Of a DNA stretch of 64,000 bases, positions 59,721-64,000 are shown piece by piece. Position 1 is the first letter of the stretch, and each line of letters starts with the position of its first letter. This stretch comes from Ramazzottius varieornatus (lineage: Eukaryota; Animalia; Tardigrada). The translations under genes and the position numbers were made by a program. The DNA lies in the NCBI GenBank assembly GCA_001949185.1, contig BDGG01000001.1:8499018-8563017 (forward strand), written 5' to 3'. The notes beneath the pieces are model-generated. The model was not told the DNA's origin, made no database searches, and was given only the letters and a program-made list of their open reading frames with translations.

Positions 59721-61390
59721 AAAAGTTCGCGTTGAGAAAGGTAACGTTTAGAGAAACGATAATAATGAGGATAATGCTGCTTGAAACAATTGAAAGTGAG
59801 ACTGAAAGCTGTTGATCACGTGAAAGTCTAGCACTAAACTTATATCAACTATCCATCTCTGTGGTGACAGCCGTCGCATCTATCTCTATACCTGTTCCTG
59901 GTCCTAACCCTTTTCACTATACCTTTATCTATCCTTTGCCGTTACTTAGCGACATCAGTCTGAATGGATCGTGAACGCAAGCCAGCAAGAAAGCCGAATC
60001 TTCTGCCTTACTTGCTGGGACGTCATCCATATCACTCGTCAAAATGACGAACAAACCACTCAAGCGGAAACGGACACCTTGGCGGCCCGCTTCGCAGGAC
60101 TTCATCTAACCAAAGCGAAGCCAGTAGGTCAGCGAGTAAGATTGATTGCTGGTTGACCACGAGAACTCCATGTAGGATCCCCCTGCCAATCTCGCCCACT
60201 TAGACACTTCGGACCCCGCGCCGACGCCTGGTCTAGTCGAATTCTCCGCTGCAAAATCTAACTGAACTACCAGATCAAATTTAACCAAGAAAAAGTCGCG
60301 TGTCTAAAGCTACAAGAAAATGCAATCCGCGAGCACTTCCAAGCCCTTTGTGAAATGGAAGATGGGGCGTACCGCGCGCTCTATGAAAAGAGCGCTCAAT
60401 GTCCACCATAATGCGCGGCGCGGCAGAAAATCTTTCTTGGGTTCTCGCTTTCGAATTCCAAAATTTTGGAACATGAAGTTATATAATGAGTTCTGAAATG
60501 AAAAGTTGTTTCTTAGAACAGCGGTAACCCTTTTTCAGCAGATTCAAAACCTCGCCGGAAGTTTTTTGCTCAAAACCTACAGTGAAACCAAGGGTAAGAA
60601 AGAGGGGGAGAAGGGAGCGCTGTTACACTGCATTTGATACCGGGCCGCAGGAGAGCTATAAAGTCACTCTAATATTTCACTTAACATTAAGTCGCTTCTC
60701 TGCTGGTATTGGTCAACAAGCACTGCATTGCCCGTTGATCGTGTCCTTCGTACTCACTGTGGATGCAGTGCATGCTGTGCAACCTTCGGCACGGGCAGCC
60801 CACCAGAGGGTCGTGGCGCCGATTCATTTTTCAAACTAGCCGTCAATGCTGTATGCGCAGTCCTCTTATTAGCCTTGCGAACGTGAGTGCGCATCCGGCT
60901 CCACCTGATTTCACGTCTAGCAAAACACCGCAGTGTTGTCGCCTTGACTAGCGCAGTATCGTATACTTTATTATGACTACCTACGCCCTGCTAACGTGTG
61001 TACTACAGTGCAGCCACGCCAACTTCTTCGATAATTCGTTTTGTTTTTCCAAAGGATCTAGAGCAGTTGTCTTTATTTTTTCTAGATAGGACAACTTGAA
61101 ACATTCGACAAACCACAACACACCCGAAGTCCGATTGGAATTCCAGCAGATCTGCACAAAAACGTTGAGGGTCAGAAAAATACTTGAGTTTTTCTACTGC
61201 CTGTTTCGATTATTTTCGAAAACGCATTTTATCTTTCAGTAGACCATCCGAGGCAACTAAAACAAAACGCTAATGATAAAATTATTGTTCACGATAATTG
61301 TGTTTAATGGTCAGGTGATGGACTAGTTCCCATAGTAATTCTCGATCGCAGACGGACTTCGATGTGCCGAAGAATTCCCTGTGTCGCTTT

Positions 61391-61458
61391 ATCGCTTTGT
61401 GAAACGTCTTGAAAGATCGCTTTGTGAAACGTCTTGAAAAATCGTTTTGCGAGAAATG
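61391..61458 (+). repeat. 25-bp tandem duplication upstream of gag
   Basis: ATCGCTTTGTGAAACGTCTTGAAA(G/A) twice, plus a degenerate third copy. Confidence 0.8.
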
Positions 61459-62835
61459 TCCGAGTCCAACCCTCGCAACGCATCCGGCGAACTGCCTAAC
61501 GAGCAATTGCTCTCCGAAAACGAGGAACCCGCCCTACCGGAAGTACCACCTCGCCGACAACTCCGCCCGCGGAAAGAGCAAACTACCAACAAGAAACAAA
61601 CCCAGCGTCTTAAACACACCAAACGACTTTCCCGCAAAGCCAAGCCGACAACTACCCCAGCCGCAGCAAACCCTACTACCCCACAGTGCACCTTACCAAG
61701 CATCACCCTCGAGCAAGTTGTCCAGCAGATGCACGCTCTAACTGCCGCACTTTCCCGATCCAACCTTACCCCTAGTCCAGTCGTCCTCTCACCATCCACC
61801 ACACTCCAACCTGTCTTCAACCAAGCCTCCACCTCTACTCCAAACACACAGTCACCTACCACCAAGAAACCCAAACGTTCCTCACACTACGATATCGATC
61901 TCACCTACTCGTCCGACGAGTCTAGCAGCGACGAAGCCCAGTCTTCCGAGCCAGACAGCGACATCGGCGACAGGAGACGAGCTAACCACAAACGCAAGTA
62001 CCACCACACCCGACAAGGCCCACTGAAACTTCGTAAGTCTGATTACGATACTTTATGTGACTCGCCCTATCTTCCACCCGTTAAGGAAGGGCTTCTCAAA
62101 GCCCTTTTTGACGAACGCCAGTACGTCAAGATAAGCGACCTGACTGAGGAAAATCGCATACCGGGCGCGGAGAAGACCAAGGGACACAGCACACAAGTCA
62201 CCACCGATGCCGAAACCGGACAGCTGGTTCTTAAACCAGCGACTAAAGTCTCCTCCATTACCACTTTCACCGAATACGTCGAGTGCTTCACCGTGCTAAT
62301 GGCGTATCGCGTCACGGTCAACCCGAAGCTGGCACTACCCATGACCAGCTACCTCAACGTCATGGCCGAACTAGCGCACCCCGACCGTGGTTTTCCCTCC
62401 GACAAATGGCTGGCCTATGACGCTCGCCTGCGCATCACAGCGGCTCGCCACCCCACTGACTTGAGCCTCTGGTCAACAGTGCACGCCGACATCAAGCAGC
62501 GCACATGTCTGACCAACTGTAACGGCCCCTCCATTTCACGCGAACACGGTCACAAAGTCCAAGTCCGAGTCACCGAAAGCTATAACCAGCCCTTTCGGAC
62601 CAACCCCGCCGCAGACGGGGAAATCTGTAAGCGGTACAACCGTGGCCAGTGTCCCGACGAGCCATGCCCCAATGCCTTCACCCACTCTTGCTCCTACTGC
62701 AAAAAGCCAGGCCATACCCGCTTCTACTGCAACCGCAATCCCGATCGGTACCACAGCAACGACCGGAACCAACAAGGCGATCGGTCAGGAGGCAGTCGTC
62801 ATACCGCACAAAGCCTCAACTCCACTAAAGTCTAA
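61447..62835 (+). CDS. Gag-like protein of a second Ngaro family
   Basis: 462-aa ORF with WLAYDARLR and the CKRYNRGQC…C…H.CSYCKKPGH…C zinc-finger cluster. Confidence 0.88.
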   Translation: MREMSESNPRNASGELPNEQLLSENEEPALPEVPPRRQLRPRKEQTTNKKQTQRLKHTKRLSRKAKPTTTPAAANPTTPQCTLPSITLEQVVQQMHALTAALSRSNLTPSPVVLSPSTTLQPVFNQASTSTPNTQSPTTKKPKRSSHYDIDLTYSSDESSSDEAQSSEPDSDIGDRRRANHKRKYHHTRQGPLKLRKSDYDTLCDSPYLPPVKEGLLKALFDERQYVKISDLTEENRIPGAEKTKGHSTQVTTDAETGQLVLKPATKVSSITTFTEYVECFTVLMAYRVTVNPKLALPMTSYLNVMAELAHPDRGFPSDKWLAYDARLRITAARHPTDLSLWSTVHADIKQRTCLTNCNGPSISREHGHKVQVRVTESYNQPFRTNPAADGEICKRYNRGQCPDEPCPNAFTHSCSYCKKPGHTRFYCNRNPDRYHSNDRNQQGDRSGGSRHTAQSLNSTKV

Positions 62836-64000
62836 CACCTTCAGACGTTACTTCCGAGATCATCCCGACCGAGGCTTCGTACAAATGGTGCTGGACATTA
62901 TCGATAACGGCGCGGACATTGGCTTCAACGGTCCCCGCTACCCTCGTTTCACAAAGAACTCCGCCACAGCAAGAGAGTTCAGCGAGGTTCTTCTTAAGTC
63001 TATTACGAAAGAGGTTGCCTCGGGCCACTCCGTGGGTCCGTTCTCTTCTCCCCCTTTTCCCAATTTCGTGGTCAGCTCCCTGGGCGTCCGCGAGAAGAAA
63101 ACCGGAGGTCACTGCATCATCATGGATCTTTCCCGACCTTTCGGCGACTCTGTTAACGATCACATCAGCCCCGAGGACTACTCCCTTGCTTTCTGTTCCG
63201 TCGATGACGCATGCAACATGCCACAGACCGTTGGCAAAGGCGCACTCATGGCAAAGGAGGACGTAAAGGCAGCCTTCCGCCTAATTCCTGTCCGACCTCT
63301 GGACTGGCCTCTTCTCGGCTACATGGTAAGCGGCTCTTACTACTTCGACGTAGTTCTACCTTTCGGCTGCCGTTCCTCGCCCTTCCTTTTCTGCCTGTTC
63401 TCCTCTGCGGTGCACTGGATACTCGAACACCACACGCAGCACCACAATATTCTACACTACGTCGATGACTTCCTAATCATTGGCCGAACCGAGTGCCCTC
63501 ACGTCGTGAGCGAAATGAGGCGGCTATGCCACGAACTGGGCGTGCCCCTCGCCACCGAGAAAGCGGAAGGACCCTCGACCAGCTTGACCTTTCTCGGTAT
63601 TCAGCTAGACTCCGTTGCACAAACGCTCAGTCTACCCCAGTCCAAAACCGACGAGATCATGGCTCTGTTGGTCACGTGGTCTGACGCTGACACCATCACC
63701 CGTACCGAACTACAAAGCCTAATCGGCAAGCTGCAGTTTGCGGCAAAGTGCGTACCCGCCGGTCGACTCTTCACGCGACGACTCATCCAGCTACTCACCT
63801 CCCATTACCGGTCACCACACCGAAAAATACCGCTCAGCGAGGATTTCCGGCTCGACATCTTATGGTGGCGAACTTTTCTCCCTAAATGGAATGGAAAGAC
63901 TTCCTTCTTGGACATTAACTGGACCTGCAGCTCTGTCCTTCAGCTATACACAGACGCCTCCGCTACCTTAGGCATGGGCGGTTATTTAACGGGCAATGGT
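62513..64000 (+). CDS. Ngaro RT/RNase H (partial, runs off the window; not in the ORF track)
   Basis: The +1 frame relative to gag is open from 62513, with KEDVKAAFRLIPV, LPFGCRSSP, LHYVDDF, LTFLGIQLD and LYTDAS. A probable 1-nt frameshift lies near 63986 (GGYFNGQW expected). Confidence 0.9.

Overview
Eukaryotic DNA from a compact invertebrate-type genome: short GT-AG introns of about 53-150 nt and roughly balanced GC. A tardigrade origin is only my guess. The window is mostly nested, decayed mobile elements. There are three Ngaro-type tyrosine-recombinase retrotransposon copies (6.5-9.4 kb relic, 25.5-29.55 kb near-complete, and 61.4 kb to the window end), an APE-RT LINE relic, and two CRE-like restriction-endonuclease LINE copies. 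DNA transposons include a Tc4/Tc5-type DD37D element in a CTNAG site, a TA-flanked pogo-like element, a mariner relic, a pogo/hAT junction, a Polinton/Maverick relic (ATPase, integrase, minor capsid) and many MITE-like inverted-repeat elements. Host-type genes are an intact 5-exon secreted EGF + Ig-like-repeat gene (42651-43980) and a Thr-rich secreted gene (minus strand, from 30189). The most unusual signal is invisible in the ORF track because of introns. It is a spliced DUF3987/YfjI-like AAA+ helicase pseudogene whose Walker A is split by an intron (11190-13200), lying about 5 kb downstream of a co-oriented spliced RPA70-like multi-OB-fold pseudogene (5242-6130), with BEN-type and PHD relics nearby. 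Together these may be a replication module of an undescribed eukaryotic DNA element. All family calls come from motif recognition by eye; no searches were run.
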